Of a stretch of DNA of 20,000 bases, positions 9,901 to 19,855 are shown in pieces. The notes under the pieces were generated by a model that had not been told where the DNA came from, did no database searches, and saw only the letters and a program-made list of their open reading frames with translations. The number at the start of each line of letters is the position of its first letter. The stretch's first letter is position 1. Position numbers and translations under genes: made by a program. This DNA comes from Rozella allomycis CSF55 (Eukaryota): NCBI GenBank assembly GCA_000442015.1, contig KE560926.1:45698-65697 (forward strand). The letters are read 5' to 3'.

Positions 9901-12900
9901 ATAAACGCAATAGTAACAGACTCATTAACATTTAAATTACCCTTATTAGGAACAACAACCAGCGATGAATTTTCATTAACAATTTTAAATGAAATAGATT
10001 TATGCCCAACATTTCTGAAATTTCTGTAAATAGTTTCAGATTGGCCCAACGGCTGTCGACCAAAATTTAAAGTTGAATTGTCGTCTACTAGAATTGTGAC
10101 TAGTTTGGGAGAGGCTGTGATTAATGTTTCAATGTTTTTGGTGTTTGGTATGTCTACTTTGCCAATGAGGGTGGATGAGAATGATTCTTCGTTGGGAAGT
10201 AATAGTTCTATTGTTATTTCAATCTCTGAATGTCCATTGATCATTGTTTCTGATGGGAATACTTTGATAAATGGTTTTGTTGTGCATAGTGATTGTGAAC
10301 CAACTGGATTTGTTGTTATTAAATGATAAAACATTTGCTTCTTTTTCAATTGAATTGATAATATATTCAACATGTTCTTTTTAGTCAATTGTTTAATATC
10401 TATCAATGATAATAGATGATTATTTACCCAACCCTTTCTCTAAACAACTCTCAAAGCTTACCTTGATCTTTTAGTACCATTCGTTTAATCAACATCCAAT
10501 AATCTTTAGCTTTAAATTCAACAGATTCATTTCTATCCTTTTTCTCTTTAATTAATTGATTTCTTAAAAAGGGAGATCTTGGATCTGTAACTGAAAATTG
10601 TTCTTCTAGATTAACAAAAGATCCATTAGTTTTATTCTGTCCAACAATTGAAAATTCAAATTTTATTCTCGTTGAAATTGAACCCGCATTCGTTATTTTA
10701 ATCTTCTTTTGATAAGCATACATGGCTGCTATATCACTAAAATTCAAATCTCCATTAAACGCTAAATTAATTGTTCCACTCTTGCCTATTCTAATCATTT
10801 GTGTTATTTCAAACCTTTTAATGGAATAGTCAAGTCATTTCTTTCAGCAAATATGTGAATAAATGAAGTAACACTCTCTTCTACTCTACTATTAAATCTA
10901 ACTAGAAAATCCATGGCACTTGAAGCATTCAACATGAATTGACCATCTTTAATCCAATTAAAGCTAGTAACCTTTAAAAGTACAATTAAAATTAAATTAT
11001 TTACCTATTAATCAAATATAGTTGAATTCTTTCACCTAGTAATCATTTACCAGTACTACTTTACCTATATTAATCATTCCAACTACTACTTTACCTAGTA
11101 ATCATCCAAATTATTCTCCTTTACCTTTTTTCTCTTCTCTTCTTTGATTCTCTCCACAGGATACGCACTGCCAACCACACAAGTACTAAAATCCTGCCCA
11201 TCCTGCCTAACATTAAACTGCATCGACACAAGCCCCACATTAATCAGCCTAAAATAACAATCAAAACTAGTAAACAGTGGAATAGTCCCAAAATCAATAC
11301 ACTCAATTCTAAATCCATCCAGACTCTCCACCTGCAGCTTGCCCAGTCCACCCATCCCAACAACTTTAAGTGAAATGCACTCCTTTTCATACAAGATCTT
11401 CAAATTGGCAATATATTTGCTATCAGTGCGTGGCTTGAACACAAATCTTAGAGGAATTACACTGTTGGCTTCAATGTAGCCTCGTCGTGGTTGGATGTCC
11501 ATTTCACGGATTCCTGTTGGCTGGATCAAATAGTCGATTGAAAAACACGATGAATTTACAAGCTTGAAATTGTTTATCATGCAAGTTAACACTGGCTGCA
11601 CCTTTAAATCCAATTCTACATTCTTGTCTGTTGAACTAATTGTTCTTTCGTTGGAATCAATCAGCGATAATCTTGGAACACTACTGGCTCCATTCAATTC
11701 CACATCTACAAATTCTTTTCGTGTGTAAATTCTTATAATCTTTTTAAATTCAATTGATTCTGCTGGATTGAATACTATTTTACATTTAATCTTGGAATAT
11801 GCATCTACACACCCTTGATTTGGTTCAATAAACAGTCCATCGTTTTCTAATTCAATCATCCATCTTGTTTTGCCATCCTTTTTTATTGTTTCATAGTCAT
11901 CATCTTCCAATAAACTCCAATCCAAGTTTCCTGGTTGTGGTCGAACCTAAAAGATTTAGGGGTTTAAAAGTACATTACCTTGAAATTAATGCCTAAATTA
12001 CTCAAGTTACCTATTATCAAATTATTCAGTATAGATACCTATATTCAAATTATTTCAGTATAGATACCTATTATCAAATTATTTCATCTTATTACCTTGA
12101 AATTGAATGGCAAATTGCCTTTGTTTTCAATAAGAATCTCTTTTTTAAAAGTAGATTCAACTCTACACATCCCAAAGTCTACAAACAATTCATCAACAGC
12201 CAACACAGCTTTCCCTATTAAACACCCACAAACACTCATTACCACCATGCCCTCTCACCAGCGTAACAAACGAGCTAAACCCATAATAAAATTCAATCTT
12301 ATAATCATAAAGCACCATTTCAGTCGGTTTAAACGCCAGCTTCACTTCTACCCCCTTATCAACCTTCAATTCTCCCTTATTCGGCTCAACAGTAAATGGA
12401 CTGGCTGAATCATACACGTATCGTCCCTCTTTCACCTTTAAAAACCTAACTTGGAATTTAATATCAATGTTGCCGTGGTTAAACAGCTTAAACTTTTTCA
12501 CCTCAAAAGACTCAATCTGACACACCCCAAATTCAATACAGTTCATAAACGTTTCTGGTTCAATCACAATCTTTGGAGCGCCAACCTTGCCCTTCAACTG
12601 GATAGTAAAATAGTCGCCTCTAGCATCATTAGACCTAACGTAGATTTTCACATCCAAGTCTTCAATAACAGTCGGAGTAAACAGAACATTCGCTTTGGCG
12701 ACACTGTTTGGGGGAATACACACCATCCCATTGTCGCTGTTGCTCTCCAATTTAATCTGTGGATGGTAACACGCAAAAGTTAGTGATGCTTCTGCTGGGC
12801 CCTTGTTCTCAATTTCAATGGATTTCACATTCAACACGCCAATCAATGCAACATCAAAGTCTAATTCTTTTGTTAACACTTGGATCTCTGGGTATCCGCC

Positions 12901-15900
12901 ACTTCCTTTAAATGATATCACTAGTGGTTTGGGTGTGTTTATTTCTTCTGATTGAACGTGGACTTTTAATTGTCCTTTGATGTTGCAAACACTTTTTGGT
13001 TGAAATTTAATCATCAAATAAACAATTCCATCACCTCATTTCAACAATTCAAACTAGTTACCTTATTATGTCAATATCTTAAACTTTTACCTAATATTTC
13101 AACCCCGTAAACTTTTTACCTTCAATAGTACCATTCTCTGGTTCAACAGACACTTGCGGGTCGCTACTCTCAATATAAAACTTTGCNACAGACACTTGCG
13201 GATCGCTACTCTCAATATAAAACTTTGCCGACATAACACCCTGATTAGTAACAGTAACATGATCGACATAAACAATCTGCCCCACACAAACACACTTAAA
13301 GTCAATAAAATCAGTTGAACAAGTTAAACTCGTAGACGCCCCCACTCCCTGCACAAGAATACTGCAGGTGGAATAATCTTCAGTAACCAAATGCAAAATA
13401 CTCTGCATTTGGTACTGCGGCATTGACGGCTTGAACACCACATCAACAGTCTGCGTGCACCCGGGATACAATCGACCGTGCAATGGGAATATTTCTAGAC
13501 AAGTTGTTAGCAATCTTTGCACTGAGAAATTGGTGTTTGTTATTTGGCCTTGCAGTGCTTTGATTAGGTTTGCGTTTTTGCCGGCTTTTCTGTAGACCAT
13601 TTCTTCTTGCTCAATGCACCAGTTTAATGGGACTAGACCATTGTTAGTGAATTTAATTTCTTTTAAATGTTTATCTTGGACTCCACAAATGCCAAAATCA
13701 ATCTTTTTCTCTGTTACTATTAATGGTGGTTGCAAACTGGCTTTGGTAGAGTAAACAAATTCTGTGATTGTATTGTTTATTGAAGACACTTTAAATGTTA
13801 CATCAGATTCATATTCTCCCTTATTATAAAGTTTCATCGTAATTTACTTTGGATAGTCCACCAAATGCAAAAACAAAATCTATAAATTGATTTGGCGCTA
13901 ATCTTATAGGAAACAATCTCTTCAATGTCTATCATTCTCTATTTAAAACAAATCTTACATTGTCGTTGAATTTAAGTTTAAAGGTGAAATCTAATTCATC
14001 CCAATCAACACAAATAGAATCTGGTTTTTCATCTTGCAATTCAAATTGATTCTTGAATGGATTCAATGCTTCATGATAAGATTTTACATCATCCAATGCT
14101 ATCAATTGATTTGTTCTGTAATCTACAACATTCCAAGCTAATAAATCTGGATTTGAACAATTTAAATTCATCAAACTCAATTCAAATGTACTTGTATTAA
14201 ACAATCTAAATGTTTTTGTTTTACACGAACCAACTCCAACCAATCCAAAATCTATCAAGCTTGGCAAATCTTTAATTGAAACAAATTCAACATTATTAAA
14301 TACATCAACTGCATTTTCATTCTCTTTCAATAGTTTGGCATCTTTCAACACTGAATCTTTTAACGTTGAGTCTTTTAAGATTGAAGAATCTTTCTGTTTC
14401 AACTCCTTTATATCTTTCACCTCCTTGACCTCTTTCAACTCATGTTCTTCAACTCCTTCAACTTCAATTATCCTCTTCACACTCTTAGGCCTCGCCAAAT
14501 TATTCTCCAACACAATCTTCCCACTATTAGCCATCAAAGACACAGCAAATGTTTTTCCTTTATGACAAATACAAATAAAATCAGAAAAATAATCAGTCAA
14601 AATTGGCTGAAACGAAATACTCAACACAATCTTACTCAACTTTGGTATCATCTTGATAATAGACTTTCCATTCAACATAAACGGTTGCTTTGGCGGTAAT
14701 AATGAAATAAAAGTATCCATTGGTGAATTATTATAGATTGTTATTGATTTGTTCACTGAATTGCCAACTTGTACATCGCCAAATGATATTGATTCATTAG
14801 TGAATTGGATCTCTCCTTCGCCAATACTAGACTCCAAATTTATTATCTTTATTGGAACATTTATCAATTTATTCTTTTCATGCTCCAAACAGTTAATCTC
14901 CATCTTTGAATGATAGTTTCCTTGTCTCAATGCTTGAAACGACACATCAACACAATACATTTCATATCCATACAACTTGCCATGCGTAGTATTCAATGAA
15001 AATGGCACTGTAACCTTTTCTTCATTTACTTTATCTAAATATATCTTTGCCTCCCATGACACTTCAATTGGAAATCTATTATAGATCATCAACCGCTCAC
15101 TCGTCTTTTCATTCGATTTCGGTGATCCTATTTGAATAACACTTTTAGTTCTTGTTTCTGTCCATATTTGGTTTTGATACACTCCATACAAACTACATCC
15201 AACACAACTCTTTCCTATCTCAACCCTTCACCATTAATTACCTTGATCATCACACACAGAAATCGATCCAACAATCGTATTGCTCTGATCTTCAATAAAC
15301 AAATCAAAATAGTTATAATCAATCCCCACAACCAACTCTACACTCTTGTTCGGATACAACGTTCCTTCAACTTCATTCACTACAAAGAATGGCCACGACA
15401 CTACAATTCTATACTTTTGCACTATAGAAGCCACACACGTCAATGTAACTGAAACATTCTTATTCACTTTCAAATACAACGCATTGCAACTCAATTTAAA
15501 TATTTCTGGAGGCGCTTGAATAGATTCAACAACTTCAACCAAATAATCACTCTCACTAAACATCAATCTTCTATCCTCTTCTCGCCCAAACAATGTTCTT
15601 ATTTGCGCTACAGTCTTCACCTTCAAAAACGCTTCACTCAAACTCATTCCAAATATCACATAAACTACTTTCGGCATCTTTATCGGCTCACTCATCTTTA
15701 CACTCAAATTACTTTTATAAATCCCTCCCTTGGCTGGATTAAACACCAAATCCACAAAATACACTGAACAACTCGGCATACACAACACCAACACTTGCTC
15801 ATCCTCTTCATTCTTCATCTCTGCCTTTACCATCTCATTCTTATTATAAACACTATTAGGCTTCATACTGAACACACCATTCTTCTTTTCTATTCTAACT

Positions 15901-18356
15901 TCCACTCTGCTACTCTCCAAATGCGGATTATAAATGGGAACAACGATATTCACACTAGCCTTCGGATTCACCGCAGGCATCACAATCGTCTGTCCAAACG
16001 GCACATTCACCATACAATTCACCTTGCAAACACACTCAACACTCTTAACTTCACTATTAGGGCTATAAATATTCAACACACTATTCTTCATCCCTCCAAA
16101 ATTCGGTTTAAAATACACACAAACTTTCCTCTTCTCACCAGGTCTCAACACAAGCGCCTCCATCTCCTCTTCAATCAATACCTCCCTTGACCCACTCTGT
16201 ATAATAACAGGCACACTCTCCTTTTCATCTTTATTAATCAGCGTCAAACTCTTTTCAACCTTCTCCATCGACACATCACACACCCCAAAATCTAAGCGGT
16301 CTTCAACTACCTCCAACGCACTAAAACAGCGTCCTTTCAATTTCACAAAATGCTTCTCCCCATACGCCGTCAATATCATCAGCTCATCCTCAATCTCATC
16401 CTCCTCACACTGCGGCTGGAACGTTATCCATATCTGCTGCTTGTTCCTCGGCCCAATAGTCATGCTACCCACACTGCTCGCAAAAAATGAACTCGTTTTG
16501 CTAGGCACAACACTAAATATACAGTTCAAATCCATCCCCGATAAATTAGACACAACCAGCAACGCCTTTCTCTCGTCTTTAACAATACACGTTCCGAAAT
16601 TCAGTCTCTGTGCTGATAAATGCAAAACTGGAATATTAAACGCTCTCAATGACAGTCTATTCCATCTTTGATAGTTTATTACCTCTCCAACAGGAATCCA
16701 TTCACATTCCTCACACGCAAATACCCATTAATGTCTCTGCCCATCGTAATCTCCAACGGTCTGGGCGTATACTGGATGCTCAAATTGGCATTCGAATTCG
16801 CCTTCAAAAACACATACCCAGGCTCTGCTACAAACAGATTCGGTGGATATGTTTGCAAACACAGCGATACATCCACATCCGATTTATTGTAAATGTTAAC
16901 CTCTTTAGACAAATTAAACTTGTTGAATATCAAACCGGTTGGCAAACTAAATGTTATAGTGGCCGGATCAAGAACAAAATCTCTTTGCTTGTCATTGCCA
17001 GATGCGATTTCATCAAGAAACGTTATAGAAGAAAATTTCCCCATCAAATCTATTTTAGCGATGTGTTTAATTTACTATTGAGAGAGAACGAGCGCAACGA
17101 CGCTGACACTTTACGTTGCCTCTGTGCGATGGTCTCAATATCATCCCTTAATTCTTGGCGCGCAAATACCGTATAAACTGGCGGCTCAACTATATTTTCC
17201 TCATTAAAAGCTCGTTACCATTTTTATCATCATCAAAATACGGAAGCGCTTGCACCATGCCATTAGCCTTTTTCTTATTAGCATTTGCAAACTTTTTAGA
17301 TCTCGTCCATCCAAATTCTGCATTATGCTTTATATCACCCGATTTCCCTGAATCAAACCTAGTAGCATCTTCAACCATCCATTTCCTTCTACGCACAGCA
17401 TACCCGCAATCACCCAAATACTTTTCATTGCCTTCCAAATTGGCCTGCAAAGATGGAAGCTGCGCAATGTGAGAATCAGAGGGCAGCGGATACCATTTGT
17501 TCCAAAACTTGGAAATTGCCTTTACCAGGTGCGGATGGTAGTCTTCATTCATGGATCCGATTTCATCAAACAAATTAAATGATAGCTCTTTGACAGCAAC
17601 AAAGAAAGTATTCATTCTTTGTCGATTGCGATTGGTCATATCCAATCGACACAAAAACGACAATACCTCTGCTTGCAACAGGAAATGCACATTCTCATTC
17701 AACAGATGCAAAAGCACCATGTCAATGTAATCTGCTATATGCTGCTTTATAGCCTTGTTTTCATCACGCATGAAATACGACAAGGCATTCAATATCATTA
17801 TACGATTCTTGGTATGCTCATCAGCAACAAAATACTCCTTGTGTGGCGGCTTCTGTGTATGCACAGCAACAGGAAACAGCTTCACAAACATATTCACAAC
17901 AACAATACAACCCAAACGCAATGAGACACTGTAATTCTCGCCAAATGCGGAATTCAAATAACCAAGCACAACATACGCCAGAAACCTGTTCTGCTCCACC
18001 TTTTATCATCAAAGATATACACCATACTTCATCACTGCTGGCAATATCAGTAACCCGTACGATCAACGCGCGGATACTTTCAGCATTCAGCAACGTGCTT
18101 TGGATAGCATTGGCGCCCATATTAAATAACATTTTCATAGTGGTCAATCTAATGAATGTCTCGGGAGACTTTAGCGCATTAAGGATATTGTTCCAATGTT
18201 CTTCATAACACTTCATATTCATATAATTCTATTAATGCAATACCAATTCTTTACATAGTCACAAGAAAGCATGGAATATGCTTGTATTATTTGCTTAAAA
18301 ATTGGTACAAGGTCAAAATGGCCCATCACGAGAGGTTTGCCCGGAGCAATCGTCAT
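6972..18356 (-). CDS. Giant (~3,430 aa, 25 exons) protein with an N-terminal helical HEAT/ARM-like region and about 20 ASH (ASPM-SPD-2-Hydin)/PapD-like Ig-fold modules; HYDIN/CFAP-like, probably ciliary; 5' end uncertain
   Basis: All minus-strand ORFs from 6972 to 18222 join in one continuous frame using GT-AG introns at 18229-18254, 18000-18027, 17190-17218, 17050-17075, 16657-16682, 15215-15241, 13929-13958, 13820-13847, 13035-13119, 12215-12242, 11947-12095, 10972-11124, 10786-10814, 10434-10461, 10400-10427, 9688-9771, 9536-9562, 9470-9496, 9269-9295, 9143-9169, 8216-8272, 7938-7966, 7595-7620 and 7413-7438. I checked exon phases by hand: 10,335 nt in total, including a 42-nt artefact. 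A module recurs: (L/I)DFGxCxV...(L/I)xNxG...F.V.P..G.L......V.F.P...L.G.G. Confidence 0.8.
8216..8272 (-). other. Compound intron: 2 abutting mini-intron units (8272-8246, 27 nt; 8245-8216, 30 nt)
   Basis: AGAG|gtaataatatgctttaataataattag|gtaaatagaaacctattgaataatcattag|GTAAAGTA restores LVNRG-KVPLKW. Confidence 0.8.
9688..9771 (-). other. Compound intron: 3 abutting mini-intron units (28, 27 and 29 nt)
   Basis: AAAAG|gtagaaaaaggtagagtagataatctag|gtaatcaattgttaatctttgaaatag|gtataaatctttacttttaacatatatag|GTTTGAT restores KFKR-FDFGLC. Confidence 0.85.
10428..10433 (-). other. 6-nt microexon (GGTTGG) between two 28-nt introns
   Basis: CAAG|gtaagc...gagaaag|GGTTGG|gtaaat...tgatag|ATATT gives KDQ-GL-DIKQ in frame. 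Confidence 0.6.
10972..11124 (-). other. Compound intron: 5 abutting mini-intron units (30, 30, 29, 31 and 33 nt)
   Basis: AG|GT junctions at 11125/11124, 11095/11094, 11065/11064, 11036/11035, 11005/11004 and 10972/10971. Removal restores EEKRKK-VTSFNW. Confidence 0.85.
11947..12095 (-). other. Compound intron: 5 abutting mini-intron units (28, 29, 28, 32 and 32 nt)
   Basis: AG|GT junctions at 12096/12095, 12068/12067, 12039/12038, 12011/12010, 11979/11978 and 11947/11946. Removal restores GNLPFNFK-VRPQPG. Confidence 0.85.
13035..13119 (-). other. Compound intron: 3 abutting mini-intron units (29, 29 and 27 nt)
   Basis: GAAG|gtaaaaagtttacggggttgaaatattag|gtaaaagtttaagatattgacataataag|gtaactagtttgaattgttgaaatgag|GTGATG restores NGTIEG-DGIVYLMIKF. 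Confidence 0.85.
13146..13228. repeat. 41-bp direct duplication either side of the N at 13187 (assembly overlap; one mismatch)
   Basis: acagacacttgcgg(g/a)tcgctactctcaatataaaactttgc at 13146-13186 and 13188-13228. Confidence 0.85.
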
Positions 18357-18467
18357 TTTGTAAATTTCGTTATTGATGTTCAATCATTGAAAAAAACCAT
18401 GGGGCAAAAGCTGAAGCCTACATTTTTTATACAATATGACATTAACTACTACACTTGTAACCGGCTN

Positions 18468-19096
18468 CTTGACATTTTGGAGAAAAGGAATGTTAATTAA
18501 TAGTTGTTCATCACAATCCGATTTTAAAAATCCTTCTTTCTTAAAAATGTTATGAACTGTGTGCTTTGCATCCTGATTAAGACAATGTACTTGTTTGACA
18601 TCAATAAACTCTTTAATATCATACTCATCATTTAAAATTTAAATTTTTACAAATCCTGGAATCCCAATATCTTCGGCTACAACTTTAGGTGAATGCTTTG
18701 TCAGAAGTTCCTCGAGTTTAGCAGGGTTTGCCCCTGAAAACGAGTCTACTTTGTTTTTATTTTTTAGAAATATAAAGTAAGGAATTGAAGTAGCTTGATA
18801 TTTCGCAGCTAGAGACTACTTATTAAGTCGATTATGTTCTACTTGGACTTGGTCTACGTTGACTGACAAGAATACCACATTAGTATAAGTACTGCTAAGG
18901 CGATCAAAAATTGGTGAAATCATTTTGCAAGGACCACACCTATAATTTATGAAGGGAAATCAGGACTTACCATTCCGCGTTAAAGTCTACGACAACCTAG
19001 ATTAGTAAAAGCGAGTTTCATTACAAGTTTTCCGGGATTTGACGACAAGATACGGTCAAACTCTTGCTCGGTACTAATCGTTATGACTTTTGACAT
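18468..19096 (-). CDS. TXNL1: Thioredoxin-like protein 1 (thioredoxin + PITH domain), 3'-truncated at the gap N18467; absent from the ORF track
   Basis: Introns at 18997-19024, 18940-18970, 18816-18842 and 18624-18650 give [13 protein letters not shown]...[21 protein letters not shown]...FLSVNVDQ...SIPYFIF...GANPAKLEE. The sequence continues [18 protein letters not shown]...[21 protein letters not shown], the start of a PITH domain. Confidence 0.92.
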
Positions 19097-19794
19097 TAGG
19101 GTGGCTGGAGCAATGTATTACGAGGTATGCAGGAGATAAATTCATTGGATAAGTTAAAAACAATTTAAAAGATTGACAAGACACAAGCGCTCTCCAAGTC
19201 CAGTTCGTCATTAATGGACACTGATAAGTGATAAACTTGATTCAACTTTCTTTCAATTTATTTAATGAGATCAGTTAAAAAATGTTTCACCAGAATCAGA
19301 GGACGGAAAAAAACGATTTACGTCCCTGTGGGATTTGGGTTTGCATCATTGAATTATTGGGTTACAGAAGACATTGAGCAGCTGGTTATGAAGGAATGTA
19401 ACATTTGACAATCGTGAAAGGACTTTAAATGGCAGATCCAGTTACATAATTATGATGATTTTCCTGCTCTAAATTTTGAAAGGCGCCTCTGTTGTGAAAA
19501 ATATTGAATTTCTACAGAACAAAGGCTTGGTGGAACCGTGAATGTTCAAGAATCTTTGACCCAGTCAACAAAATGCTATTTTCACTTTTAAGAATTTGTG
19601 AAAAAGTGGACAGTAGGTTTTATAAATGACAGAAAATACTTCAACGCTACCAGACGCCATTATTATCAGAACATATCTAAAAGCCTATGCTACATCAGAC
19701 ACTGAATCAGAGGGAGAGCTGCAAACTGAAGTCGACACAGAGGAAGAAGACAGGCTACAAGGCTCCAGCAAAACCAGCAGTAAATGGACAGGCA

Positions 19795-19855
19795 ATTGGC
19801 CCCACAATCTGCCTGTATAGACCTNATTGGCCCCACAATCTGCCTGTATAGACCT
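19795..19855. repeat. 30-bp exact direct duplication either side of the N at 19825 (assembly overlap)
   Basis: attggccccacaatctgcctgtatagacct at 19795-19824 and 19826-19855. Confidence 0.85.

Noticed and set aside
10972-12095. The ~29-nt periodic repeats as a CRISPR array or ordinary minisatellite
   Set aside because: The context is eukaryotic, with no constant repeat plus unique spacer structure and no cas genes. Unit boundaries coincide exactly with GT/AG splice signals inside a coding gene.
13146-13228. Internal peptide duplication AKFYIESSDPQVS x2 in the giant protein
   Set aside because: It is centred on an N, with 41-bp overlapping ends; this is a scaffolding artefact.
14320-14440. 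Short LKDS-type peptide repeats (KDSSILKDSTLKDSVLKDAK) in the giant protein
   Set aside because: This is an ordinary low-complexity linker expansion with no splice signals at the unit boundaries.
6972-18222. Reading the minus-strand ORFs as an operon of separate genes, a frameshifted pseudogene or an alternative genetic code
   Set aside because: Every break is explained by GT-AG mini-introns with consistent phases under the standard code.
7637-18500. Numerous plus-strand ORFs of 60-175 aa opposite the giant gene, and similar antisense ORFs over SPT2, TPK and XRN2
   Set aside because: They are antisense shadows of real exons with no recognisable motifs.
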